64,000 bases of DNA. Origin: Candidatus Saccharimonadia bacterium. GTDB taxonomy: Bacteria; Patescibacteriota; Saccharimonadia; UBA4664. The notes under the pieces are model-generated. The model searched no databases. It was not told the origin of the DNA and saw nothing but the letters and a program-made list of their open reading frames with translations. The stretch covers positions 25,234-89,233 of the forward strand of contig JBBRSS010000001.1 of the NCBI GenBank assembly GCA_038245115.1, given 5' to 3'. The position numbers and the translations under genes were made by a program. Position 1 is the first letter of the stretch. The number at the start of each line of letters is the position of its first letter. Below are positions 18,623 through 28,396 of this stretch, in pieces.

Positions 18623-21600
18623 GTGCGAGTAGAGCCCGCCCAACAACCTCCCGCAACCGCCCCGGCCCTCCAGGTCGCCGAGCTGAACCAACTCATACTC
18701 GAGCTTGGCTCGTCTAAAACTTCGGCCAATTATCTCGAACATGCCTGCAAAGCCATCCATCAGGCGCTCGATACACCAGTAACCGGTTTTTTGCTCGCCT
18801 CCGCTAGCACTCCACGAATTTTCGTCGAGCAGACTCTACCGGTCGAGTTGCGCGGCACCATCGAATACCCCGACAAACTAAGCCCGACTACAAAATCATC
18901 CAGATGGGACCACACTGCCTCGGTACTCGCTGCTACCAGATTAATCCCCGGGCAGCCGCAGCTGCACCTACTGGAATGGCACGGGGACGCTCTTGGAGCC
19001 CTGGTGATTTGGGGACAACCGGCTTATACGGCCGAGTTTAAAGCCAACCAAACATTCTTGCTCGAGCGAATAGCTGTCAGCATAAAATCGCTCTCTCTAG
19101 CCGAATCTGCCAATATCAATCTCTCCAAGGTTATTGCGCTAGAAAAGATCACTCAAGAGATCACTCGAACCCTAGATTTTGACAAGATATCGTCCACAGT
19201 GCTCAAACAAGCTCAGAAGTTTTTTAAAGTCGATGCCAGTGCTTTGGCCCTTGCTTCCGAAAACAATCACGAATATTACTTCGATCAATCGATAGGCCTA
19301 TCCCCGGAATACTCGTCTAAACTCCGAATTCAACCGGGTTCCAAACTTTTTAAACGCCTAATTGATGCCGACGGTCCGATTGAAATTATTTCTAACGGCA
19401 AAGCCATCCTATCGGGCGATCCCGATCTTGTCCTGCAAGAGGGCGTCAAGACCAGCCTGCTAGCGCCAATATTTTCCGAAGACAAGCTGGTTGGCGCGCT
19501 CGTACTAATCTCCAAAACCCCACGAGACTTTACCCCCGCCGAATTCGGCTTCTGCCAGACTCTCGCCAAATACGCCGCCATCGCTTTAACCAACTCAAAA
19601 CTCCATGCGAACTTGCGCAGGGCATCAAAGGAGATTGAGCAAACGCGCAACCTTATGCGCGACGGACTACTGGTCTTTGACCTTGAGCGGCGCCTGAATT
19701 ATTTCAATGCCGCTGCGGGTTCTGTGCTCGGGCTCAAAGAAGAACACCTCATGAATCCGTTTCCCTCTGAGTCTGTTCAGGGAATCCCAGGGTTAAAGCT
19801 AGATACCCAAGAACTTGAGCATACTATCGAAACCGCCATGGGAGGCCTCGTAAGCCGCACCCAGTTTTCGGTCGAGAATCATGACATTTATTACTACGAG
19901 GCTATCTATTCGCCGTACCGAGACGAAAACGGCGTCTTGACGGGGGTATTAATGAATATTCGCGACATCACCGCCATCTACCTCGAAAGAGAAAAACTTC
20001 AAGCCATCCAGAATGGCATTTCAGACGGCATCATTATCGTCGGACGAGACGGCAATACCATTGAGCACAACAATGAATGGATGCAGCTATTTAACCAGCA
20101 AGAAGAAATTATCGACCAGCCATTCTTCGAACAACTTGCCACCCGCAAAAATTTTACTTTCGACCATGATCCTATCGAACTCATCCAAGATGCCCTTAGA
20201 GGCCGCAGTTTACCGTGCTACGCGCACGACATCGAACACGGACGCCACATCCAAATCTCCGTGAACCCAATTATGGTTGGCGGGCATGTCACCGGCGCGG
20301 TCGCCACGGCCAAAGACATTACATCGCTGGTAGAAAAAACCGTCGAATCCAACGAGATGGCCGCCAAGGCCCACCGCCACCTCAGGGAGCTCTCTCAGCT
20401 CGCCGAACTCTCCGGAATAGTCGGCTTCAATGTTGCCAGCATTTATCAAAAATATCTCTCCAAAACCTCATCCTTGCTGGAATCAGCCTCAGTTAGTCTG
20501 TACCTGTATAACCCCGTCAAGCAGCTCCTCGTCCAGGATCAAGCGACCAATCCCGACCCCAGCGACACGGCTACGCTCGAACTTGGCTCAAAACATCTTG
20601 TCGCCAGAGCGTTTACTACTCGCCAATCCATATCCATCCAGGGACAAAATAATCAGAAGCAATATCGACTTGCACTGCCTATCACCCACCACTCCAAAAC
20701 CCTAGGCGTATTGCTCGTTGGACGAACCAGTGGTGCCTACGGCGAACACGAAGCCCAACTCTTGCGCATGGTCGCCACCAGGCTAGCCGTCCTCGTTGAA
20801 AATGCCAGCCTCTACCACGACGTTAACGCCCGCCGTGAGCGTTGGGAAGCGGTCTTTAGGTTTACCGAAGAGGGGATTGTGGTGTTCGATCGCTCAGGTA
20901 CCATCGTTGGGTTCAATCCTGCCTGTATCCAAATTACTCAATACAATCCCTCCGAAGCCATCGGTGAGCCCTTCAACCGCATCATCAAAACCATTGGTCC
21001 CGATACCATTAGCGGTAATAATATTGGTCCCATCGAACGCGTTCTCGAAGAAGGCGTCACCATCGCCAAGAGCGAACAGCTCATCGAGAACCGCGGCGGT
21101 ACCAGAGTTTGGACCGAAATCAGCTACTCTCCGATATTCAATGATGCCGGCCGCGTAACCTCAGGTATCGCTATTATCCGCAATACGACCAAAGACCGCG
21201 AAGTCGAAGAAATCAAAAGCGACTTCATTTCGATTGTCTCCCATGAGCTGCGAACCCCCCTTACCGCCATCAAGGGCTTCCTTTCGATGACTCTCAAACA
21301 CGATTTTGGTGCCCTCAATGAAAAACAATTCCACTACCTCAGTCGAGTGTACCAGTCAAACCAACGTATGATCGACCTCGTTGAAGACCTCATGGATGCA
21401 ACCTACATTGAATCCGGCAAAATTACCCTCACAATTGCTCCCGTCGCCCTCGACAGTGTGGTGTCTAACGTTATTGCCGAAGTTGCCGCCAAAGGTGCTG
21501 CCAGCCAAATACTCATCAAGGTCCGCCGCCGACAACGTCTTCCGCTGGTGCTTGCCGACGAAACCCGGCTGCATCAGATAATTCTCAACCTCATCGATAA

Positions 21601-21913
21601 CGCCATCAAATACTCCATGCCGGGAACCGAAGTTATCGTGAGCTTCCGAACGCAAAACGACGAGCTCATTACAACCATTTCGGATCACGGTGTTGGCATT
21701 GGTAAAAGTCAGATCGAACGCCTGTTCACCAAGTTCGGGCGCATCTTCAACCCGCTCAGTGTTCAGGCGGGCGGTACCGGCCTTGGACTCTACATCGTCA
21801 AGAACCTAGTGGAGGCGCACGACGGCCGCATTTGGGTTACCAGCCAAGAGGGCAAGGGCAGTAAATTCAACTTCAGTCTACCCATTGCTAAGCAATTACC
21901 ACTTATCGAGTAG
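18623..21913 (+). CDS. Cytoplasmic multi-GAF/PAS sensor histidine kinase
   Basis: GAF and PAS-like segments, FISIVSHELRTPL H-box, NLIDNAIKYS, DHGVGI, GTGLGL. Confidence 0.93.
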   Translation: MRVEPAQQPPATAPALQVAELNQLILELGSSKTSANYLEHACKAIHQALDTPVTGFLLASASTPRIFVEQTLPVELRGTIEYPDKLSPTTKSSRWDHTASVLAATRLIPGQPQLHLLEWHGDALGALVIWGQPAYTAEFKANQTFLLERIAVSIKSLSLAESANINLSKVIALEKITQEITRTLDFDKISSTVLKQAQKFFKVDASALALASENNHEYYFDQSIGLSPEYSSKLRIQPGSKLFKRLIDADGPIEIISNGKAILSGDPDLVLQEGVKTSLLAPIFSEDKLVGALVLISKTPRDFTPAEFGFCQTLAKYAAIALTNSKLHANLRRASKEIEQTRNLMRDGLLVFDLERRLNYFNAAAGSVLGLKEEHLMNPFPSESVQGIPGLKLDTQELEHTIETAMGGLVSRTQFSVENHDIYYYEAIYSPYRDENGVLTGVLMNIRDITAIYLEREKLQAIQNGISDGIIIVGRDGNTIEHNNEWMQLFNQQEEIIDQPFFEQLATRKNFTFDHDPIELIQDALRGRSLPCYAHDIEHGRHIQISVNPIMVGGHVTGAVATAKDITSLVEKTVESNEMAAKAHRHLRELSQLAELSGIVGFNVASIYQKYLSKTSSLLESASVSLYLYNPVKQLLVQDQATNPDPSDTATLELGSKHLVARAFTTRQSISIQGQNNQKQYRLALPITHHSKTLGVLLVGRTSGAYGEHEAQLLRMVATRLAVLVENASLYHDVNARRERWEAVFRFTEEGIVVFDRSGTIVGFNPACIQITQYNPSEAIGEPFNRIIKTIGPDTISGNNIGPIERVLEEGVTIAKSEQLIENRGGTRVWTEISYSPIFNDAGRVTSGIAIIRNTTKDREVEEIKSDFISIVSHELRTPLTAIKGFLSMTLKHDFGALNEKQFHYLSRVYQSNQRMIDLVEDLMDATYIESGKITLTIAPVALDSVVSNVIAEVAAKGAASQILIKVRRRQRLPLVLADETRLHQIILNLIDNAIKYSMPGTEVIVSFRTQNDELITTISDHGVGIGKSQIERLFTKFGRIFNPLSVQAGGTGLGLYIVKNLVEAHDGRIWVTSQEGKGSKFNFSLPIAKQLPLIE

Positions 21914-21960
21914 CCTCATGGCCACAGTTTTGCTAAACTAACTAAATAGAGGAACCCAAT

Positions 21961-22368
21961 ATGGCAAAAATATTACTGGTCGAAGACGACACTATCCTGG
22001 TTGAGATGTATCAAGCCAAATTTGAGCTCGAAGGCCATCAGGTTTCCGTGGCTACCAATGGCGAAGAATGCCTCAACTTGCTCAAAGATTTCCAGCCCGA
22101 ACTAATTCTGCTCGATATTCTAATGCCCAAACTCAACGGCTTTCACGTCCTAAAGGAAATTAAGAAACAACCCGAGCTCCGCCAAATTCCGGTAATTCTA
22201 CTAACCAATCTAGGCCAAGCCGAGGTTGATATGAATCAAGAACTGGCTAAAGCCCTGGGTGTGAGCGATTATCTCATTAAGAGCCACCACACCCCCGACG
22301 AAGTTGTCCAAAAGGCCGTTAAGGTCCTTGGTACCTCGGGCCACAAACCCGCACCCACCGAAAAATAA
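21961..22368 (+). CDS. Stand-alone receiver-domain response regulator, likely cognate to the upstream kinase
   Basis: LLVEDD, LLDILMPK, YLIKS. Confidence 0.93.
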   Translation: MAKILLVEDDTILVEMYQAKFELEGHQVSVATNGEECLNLLKDFQPELILLDILMPKLNGFHVLKEIKKQPELRQIPVILLTNLGQAEVDMNQELAKALGVSDYLIKSHHTPDEVVQKAVKVLGTSGHKPAPTEK

Positions 22369-22404
22369 CCGTCCGTCTAAGCGAGAGCTGACAAAGAATC
22401 GATT

Positions 22405-22842
22405 ATGATAATTGATCCTCGCCTCAATGAGATCAGAGACTGCCTTTACCGGGTATCCATAAACGCTGTTATAGTAATCGACAAGAAAATCCTGTTAGTC
22501 CGGGAGCATAATGACAGATGGTGGGGATTACCCGGCGGAGGGATTGAGCATGGCGAAAATATTTCTCAAGCGTTAATCCGTGAACTTACTGAAGAGCTGG
22601 GCGCAGATTCCGAGTTTATTCGAGCGGATGAAGACGTCCTGTTCGTCACAATAGGTGAGATAGCCGCTGGAATCCCAATAGCCAACCTTTTTTCTCGCGC
22701 CTATGTTCGCGCCGACAAAATAACAGCCACCCGGCACGTAGTTGAATCGCGCTGGTTCGGTGCTTACGAGCTCAATGAGCTAAAAATGAGCCCGACCGGA
22801 AACAGCATAAAAACGCGCCTCTCCGAAATCATCCTGGCTTAA
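22405..22842 (+). CDS. NUDIX hydrolase
   Basis: Nudix box [23 protein letters not shown]. Confidence 0.9.
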   Translation: MIIDPRLNEIRDCLYRVSINAVIVIDKKILLVREHNDRWWGLPGGGIEHGENISQALIRELTEELGADSEFIRADEDVLFVTIGEIAAGIPIANLFSRAYVRADKITATRHVVESRWFGAYELNELKMSPTGNSIKTRLSEIILA

Positions 22843-22875
22843 CCGCACCAAACGGCAGATTAAATAGGGGTCCAA

Positions 22876-23619
22876 GTGCCCAGCAAACCCTCGTATAAAA
22901 CCAATGCCATCGTCATCGGCCGCGTCAACTTTGGCGAAGCCGATAGGGTAGTGCGATTTCTGACCCCAGAACACGGCAAACTCGCCGCTGTCGCCAAAGG
23001 CGTAAGACGCATCAAATCCCGCTTCGGCGGCCACCTAGAGCTATTCGGCGAGGTCGAGCTCATGCTCACAAAGGGCCGCAACCTCGATACTATTACTTCG
23101 GCCCGCCTCATCTGGTACCCAAATAGTATCGCCAGCAATTATGACCACCTGGGCCTGGCCTTTCTAATCGCCAAGGCCGTTGATAGGCTCACCGAGCCAG
23201 ACCATCCCGCCGCCGCGCTCTACGCCATGGTCCGTGAAGCCTTTGGTGCTCTCGATGCCGGCGCCGGCGGAGTACTCTTTGAACTGTGGTTCAAACTCCG
23301 CCTCCTCGAAACCCTTGGCTACCGACCCGAGCTTGGCAGTTGCATGAATTGCGGCCAAAACTCAGCGGATTGCGCCTATCTCTTCAGCGCCGAACGCGGT
23401 GGCATCGTCTGTGCCGCCGATTCTCGCCCCTTGGACGCCCCAATATCTGCCCTTCAGATCAAGTTCTGGCGCTTGCTTTGTGATTACCCTTATGTCACAA
23501 TATCCCACATTGCCGACGCCATCACCTTGGCCAAAGAGACCCTCCCATTGTGCGATGGTTTTTACGAACACCACCTCGGCAGCCAATTCAGACCAACCCT
23601 TACCGGAGACTCAGCGTGA
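22876..23619 (+). CDS. recO: DNA repair protein RecO
   Basis: GEADRVVRFLT..GKLAAVAKGVRR; CxxC zinc motif. Confidence 0.94.
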   Translation: MPSKPSYKTNAIVIGRVNFGEADRVVRFLTPEHGKLAAVAKGVRRIKSRFGGHLELFGEVELMLTKGRNLDTITSARLIWYPNSIASNYDHLGLAFLIAKAVDRLTEPDHPAAALYAMVREAFGALDAGAGGVLFELWFKLRLLETLGYRPELGSCMNCGQNSADCAYLFSAERGGIVCAADSRPLDAPISALQIKFWRLLCDYPYVTISHIADAITLAKETLPLCDGFYEHHLGSQFRPTLTGDSA

Positions 23620-23918
23620 ACCCCGCCTCTGAACTCAGCTGGAAGCTCGAAGACTACGTTGCTGCCGGCAGCGAACCGCCTGCGCGCATCACCGATAACC
23701 CCGGTCAGACCGAGGGCGAAATGATGACCGACGACGAGCTCGAACAGTACCTCAAAGATTCAATTGCAACCTGCCGGATATTACTCGATAAACGCTCCCC
23801 ACGCTACGAATTGATTGTTGCAGGGTACGTAGCCGACCTCACATACCTATTAAGCCTTGGACGAATTACCGAGGACGATTATAATGAGCTCACCGAGCCG
23901 GATAACATCAGGTTCTAG
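23616..23918 (+). CDS. Small acidic hypothetical protein
   Basis: ORF fills the gap between recO and glyQS; GTG overlaps the recO stop (GTGA). Confidence 0.6.
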   Translation: MNPASELSWKLEDYVAAGSEPPARITDNPGQTEGEMMTDDELEQYLKDSIATCRILLDKRSPRYELIVAGYVADLTYLLSLGRITEDDYNELTEPDNIRF

Positions 23919-23927
23919 AAAGAATAT

Positions 23928-25304
23928 ATGGCAACTTCGCCCTCAGCTTCGACTTCACCATCAATGGAAACCCTAGTATCGCTCGCTAAGCGGCGCGGTT
24001 TTGTGTTCCAATCTTCCGAAATCTACGGCGGCCTCGCCGGTTTCTGGGATTACGGCCCTTACGGAACCGAAATGGCCAAGAACATCAGAGACGCCTGGTG
24101 GAAGCATTTTGTGTACCAGCACCCAAACATCGTGGGCCTCGACAGCACGATTATCCAAAATCCCAAGCTCTGGAAAGCCAGCGGTCACGTCGATACTTTC
24201 GTGGACCCAATGGTTGACTGTAAATTCTGCCAGCATCGTTTCCGCGCCGATCATCTCACCGACTTCGAAACCAAAGATCTCACCGAATATGACGCCGCCC
24301 TAATCAAGGTTAAATGTCCCCACTGTGGCAAAACTGGCGGCTTCACCGAGGCCAAACAATTCAATATGATGTTCAAAACCTATGTTGGCCCTGTGACCAC
24401 CGAGGACAACGTCGCATATCTGCGGCCCGAAACTGCCGGCGGCATCTTCGCCCAGTTCCAGAATGTCCTCGAAACATCCCGCCAACGTATTCCCTTTGGT
24501 ATCGCCCAGATCGGCAAAGCCTTCCGCAACGAGATTACTCCCGGCGATTTCATTTTCCGCGTGCGAGAACTCGAACAAATGGAGCTCGAGTATTTCGTTA
24601 GCCCGGATGACGGCCACACCCAACACCAAACCTGGATCAAAATCTGCCACAATTGGCTGCAAAGTATCGGCCTACCCAAGGACAAGCTCAAACTCTACGA
24701 GCACGGTCCCGACGAACGCGCCCACTACGCCGCCGCCAGTATCGATATCCAATACGACTACCCCATGGGCTTCAAGGAGCTCTATGGCGTGGCTTACCGC
24801 ACCGACTACGACCTAACCGTCCAAAGCAAGGGTAGCGGCAAAGATCTCAGCTACTTTGACGAACCCACCAAATCACGCTTCATGCCCCATGTTATTGAGC
24901 CCTCGGTTGGCGTCGGCCGACTGCTGCTAGCCCTCATGCACGCCGCCTATCACGAAGAAGACGTCGCCGGAGAAAAGCGGGTAGTCCTCAAGTTCCGTCC
25001 AGAAATTGCCCCTGTTAAGGTCGCCATTTTGCCGCTCTCGAAAAACGAAAAACTAGCCCCGATTGCCCGCTCAATATTCGATCAACTGGCCGGGTCTTAC
25101 CGCGTAGAATACGACGAGACTCAATCCATCGGCCGTCGCTACCGCCGCCAAGATGAAATCGGCACCCCGCTATGCGTCACCATCGACTTCGACACCCTCG
25201 AGGACAAAGCCGTTACCATTCGACATCGCGACACCATGAAGCAGACCCGTGTCGCCATCACCGACCTATCAACCGAAATCGATAAGCTTCTTAAGGCATT
25301 CTAA
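23928..25304 (+). CDS. glyQS: Glycine--tRNA ligase, homodimeric (eukaryote-like) type
   Basis: LAKRRGFVFQSSEIYGG, YLRPETA, GKAFRNEITP, IGRRYRRQDEIGTP. Confidence 0.97.
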   Translation: MATSPSASTSPSMETLVSLAKRRGFVFQSSEIYGGLAGFWDYGPYGTEMAKNIRDAWWKHFVYQHPNIVGLDSTIIQNPKLWKASGHVDTFVDPMVDCKFCQHRFRADHLTDFETKDLTEYDAALIKVKCPHCGKTGGFTEAKQFNMMFKTYVGPVTTEDNVAYLRPETAGGIFAQFQNVLETSRQRIPFGIAQIGKAFRNEITPGDFIFRVRELEQMELEYFVSPDDGHTQHQTWIKICHNWLQSIGLPKDKLKLYEHGPDERAHYAAASIDIQYDYPMGFKELYGVAYRTDYDLTVQSKGSGKDLSYFDEPTKSRFMPHVIEPSVGVGRLLLALMHAAYHEEDVAGEKRVVLKFRPEIAPVKVAILPLSKNEKLAPIARSIFDQLAGSYRVEYDETQSIGRRYRRQDEIGTPLCVTIDFDTLEDKAVTIRHRDTMKQTRVAITDLSTEIDKLLKAF

Positions 25305-25308
25305 ACTC

Positions 25309-26307
25309 ATGCCAACTGTTACCGGACCAAAAGTTGTTGTCATCGGCGGAGGAACAGGCACGTTTACCATCCTCACCGCGCTCAAATTCTATGCTCGAGA
25401 CATCACCGCCATCGTCAATATGTCTGACGACGGCGGCTCCACCGGCATCCTGCGCGACGAACTGGGCGCCCTGCCGCCCGGAGACGTTCGGCAGTGCCTT
25501 GTAGCGTTGAGTGAATCAGACCAAAAAATGCGCGACCTCTTCAACTACCGCTTCGACGAAGGCACGCTCGCCGGCCACTCATTTGGCAATATCTTTCTCA
25601 CCGCTCTCGAAAAAACCACCGGCAGTTTCGCTGATGCCGTTAAAACCGCCGGCGATATTCTCAATATCTCCGGACACGTCGTACCAGTAACACTCACGGA
25701 CAGCAAACTAATCCACACTCACACCGATGGCACTACTACCACCGGCCAACACGCCATCGAAACCAGTCGGTTCAAGACCAAAGACCGTCCGGCTCTTTCA
25801 CTCGAGCCCCATGCCGAACTCAACCCCGAAGCCAAGTCCGCCATCGAAAACGCCGATATCGTCGTCATCGCTCCGGGAAACCTCTACGCGTCGCTCGCGC
25901 CCACATTACTCGTCGGCGGCATGAGCGAGGCTTTAGCTGCCGCCAAAGCCAAAGTCATCTATGTCTGTAATCTCGTCACCAAACCCGGCCAAACCGACGG
26001 TTTCAAGGTGCACGATTACGTCAGCGAAATCGAACGTTTCATGGGCACGAAACTGGTCGATTACGTTATTTACAACCAGCGCCAACCTACCAAAGCGCTG
26101 CTCAAGAAATATGCCCAAGCAGGGGAGTACGCCGTCGAATTCGACTCCAGCGCTGCTGCTGCCGCCCACTACGAAACCATCGGTGAAAGCCTGCTGTCAG
26201 ATACCATCCCCAAGCTCAAACCCTCCGAGAGGCTCATTCCACGCACCCTGATTCGCCACGATTCTGACACCGTTGCCCGATTAATAATGAGGATATACTT
26301 CAGCTAA
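25309..26307 (+). CDS. yvcK: YvcK/CuvA (GlmR) family UDP-GlcNAc-binding protein
   Basis: VVVIGGGTG, DDGGSTG.LR, PPGDVR, GHSFGN, RHD. Confidence 0.92.
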   Translation: MPTVTGPKVVVIGGGTGTFTILTALKFYARDITAIVNMSDDGGSTGILRDELGALPPGDVRQCLVALSESDQKMRDLFNYRFDEGTLAGHSFGNIFLTALEKTTGSFADAVKTAGDILNISGHVVPVTLTDSKLIHTHTDGTTTTGQHAIETSRFKTKDRPALSLEPHAELNPEAKSAIENADIVVIAPGNLYASLAPTLLVGGMSEALAAAKAKVIYVCNLVTKPGQTDGFKVHDYVSEIERFMGTKLVDYVIYNQRQPTKALLKKYAQAGEYAVEFDSSAAAAAHYETIGESLLSDTIPKLKPSERLIPRTLIRHDSDTVARLIMRIYFS

Positions 26308-27158
26308 TGAAACCTACTACTGCCGTCATTTTTGCCGCCGGCACCGGCACCCGCATGCTCCCAATTACCGCTGTCATCCAAAAAGAAATGCTGCCCATCT
26401 TAAATCGACCCGTAATTGACTACATTGTCTCGGACCTTGTTACTGCCGGCATTAAGCGCATTATCTTCGTGATTCGGCCCGGCCAACTCTCGCTCCGGCA
26501 GTTCTACCAGGGCAACCCCGGCTTCGAGCTAGCCCTCCAGCGCCAAAACAAGGTCAAATCACTCGAGCTCCTCGATTCAGTCCACCATCAAGCGGTTTTT
26601 GAATTCGTCGAGCAACCACCGGACGCCGGTTATGGCACAGCTATCCCTTTGATTACCGCGCTTCCGCTGCTTGACCCCGCGGAACCGGTAATAGTGTGTG
26701 GTGGCGACGATTTCGTCTGGCGCGCCGATGGTGGCTCGGAGTTCGCAGATTTCATCGATACCTTCCAGGCGAGCGGGGGAGAGAGCGCTATTATGTCGCT
26801 TGAACTCCCAACCGATCAACTCTCCCAATATGGTGTCATGTCGATCGAAAACCGAGGCGCCTATCAATACTTGACGGATATCATCGAAAAACCCGCCGCA
26901 GGGTCTGCCCCCACTAACCTTGTTAATATCTCAAAATATATCTTAAGTGGAACTCTAAGAGAGTACGTCAAAGATGTAAAACCCCAGCCCGACTCCAAAG
27001 AGTACTACATATTAGACGCCATATTGGCCGGCGCCAAAGCCCATGGCGTAGTAGTCCACACCGTCTCTGGCGAGTATTTAGATACCGGCAACCCGGCCAA
27101 CTGGCTCAAAGCCAACCAGGTCGTAGCCGATACAATTAATCGTAAATTATCGAAATAG
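26307..27158 (+). CDS. galU: UTP--glucose-1-phosphate uridylyltransferase-like nucleotidyltransferase
   Basis: AAGTGTRMLPIT..KEMLPI, IIEKP, YLDTG. Confidence 0.8.
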   Translation: MKPTTAVIFAAGTGTRMLPITAVIQKEMLPILNRPVIDYIVSDLVTAGIKRIIFVIRPGQLSLRQFYQGNPGFELALQRQNKVKSLELLDSVHHQAVFEFVEQPPDAGYGTAIPLITALPLLDPAEPVIVCGGDDFVWRADGGSEFADFIDTFQASGGESAIMSLELPTDQLSQYGVMSIENRGAYQYLTDIIEKPAAGSAPTNLVNISKYILSGTLREYVKDVKPQPDSKEYYILDAILAGAKAHGVVVHTVSGEYLDTGNPANWLKANQVVADTINRKLSK

Positions 27159-27249
27159 AATTATTACCCTTTACAACAGCGTAATAATGTTATAATATAA
27201 TGCGACATGTTAACTAGCAGCATCAAACCTCTCGGTAGGAGATTGTGCG

Positions 27250-27278
27250 TTGACACTCCAGATGAGATGTTTTATAAT
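27250..27278 (+). promoter_or_regulatory. Perfect-consensus sigma70 promoter
   Basis: TTGACA-N17-TATAAT, 8 nt before ATG 27287. Confidence 0.85.
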
Positions 27279-27286
27279 TTTTAACA

Positions 27287-28321
27287 ATGATTAACGCTAT
27301 GACAGCCAAAACCCCCACAACCTACAATTACAAATCCGCCGTCGAACAAATCCTTAAGGAATTGCGACGCGATCGTGATCGCCAAATTATCGCTCGGCGG
27401 TTTGGCTTTGGCATGCCGCGCCGCCAAACTCTCGAAAAGATCGGTAACGATTTCGAAATTACGCGCGAACGTGTCCGCCAAATCGAAAAAGCTGCCATCG
27501 CCAAAATGCGCGCCAGCAACTCCGCCGACATCGTAACCGGCGGAGAAACTTTGCGAGCTATTGCCGCTGATCAAGGGGGGATTCTGCCAATTGCCGATGT
27601 CGCAGAAATGCTAAGTGCTCCCGAGGCCGACATTCCCTATCTTGTATTTCTAGCCCGACTTGCCGGCAGCGTTGAGTTAATTGAAGACGACGATGATGTG
27701 CGCCAAGCCATTGGCCTCGCCGGTATTTTTTCTCGCCCCCAAGTCAACCTACTGCTCGCCGAAATCATTAAATCCGTCAAAGACTACTCCAAGCCCATCA
27801 CTCTCGCCAAGCTCAAGGTCAAGCTGCCGTCCGAACTGGATGTTATTACCCTTGAGCAACTTATGCGTATTTCAAAAAAATTAGCCTACTTTGACGGCAA
27901 ATGGGGTCTTATCACCTGGCCCGAGGTCAACCCCAAGAGCATCCGCGACAAAACTTATCTGGTACTATCACGCCACGGGCGCCCGCTGCACTTTTCCGAA
28001 ATCGCCAAGCACGTTCGAAGCCTCGGCGCTACCAAACGCAACGTCACCATTCAAGCCGTCCACAATGAGCTCATCAAAGACCAGCGTTTCATCCTTATCG
28101 GTCGCGGCATCTACGCTCTCGCCGAATGGGGTTATACCCCCGGTACAGTTGCCGAAATTATCGCCAGTGTCTTGCGCGAAGAGCAGCCGTTGCACAAGGA
28201 TGAAATCGTTCGTCGCGTGCTTATGAAGCGCCAAGTTAAAACAACCACCATCATTTTGAATCTCCAAGAAAAAGACCAATTCCAGCGTACCGCCAAAGCC
28301 ACTTACAAGCTTAAGGATTAA
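27287..28321 (+). CDS. Sigma-70 region-4 HTH + winged-HTH (RNAP delta/HARE-HTH-like) protein typical of CPR
   Basis: TLEKIGNDFEITRERVRQIE; PLHFSEIA..TIQAVHNELIKDQRFILIGRGIYALAEWGY. Confidence 0.85.
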   Translation: MINAMTAKTPTTYNYKSAVEQILKELRRDRDRQIIARRFGFGMPRRQTLEKIGNDFEITRERVRQIEKAAIAKMRASNSADIVTGGETLRAIAADQGGILPIADVAEMLSAPEADIPYLVFLARLAGSVELIEDDDDVRQAIGLAGIFSRPQVNLLLAEIIKSVKDYSKPITLAKLKVKLPSELDVITLEQLMRISKKLAYFDGKWGLITWPEVNPKSIRDKTYLVLSRHGRPLHFSEIAKHVRSLGATKRNVTIQAVHNELIKDQRFILIGRGIYALAEWGYTPGTVAEIIASVLREEQPLHKDEIVRRVLMKRQVKTTTIILNLQEKDQFQRTAKATYKLKD

Positions 28322-28396
28322 GGCATAAAATAGGGACAGAACGCGCGCGGGGGTAGTTCAAGGAGGGCTTGAAACATTCAGACAATTACAACTATT

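Noticed and set aside
28344-28385. tRNA-like 5' end GCGGGGGTAGTTCAA
   Set aside because: No anticodon arm, T-loop or matching acceptor stem; only a small TTCAAG/CTTGAA hairpin.
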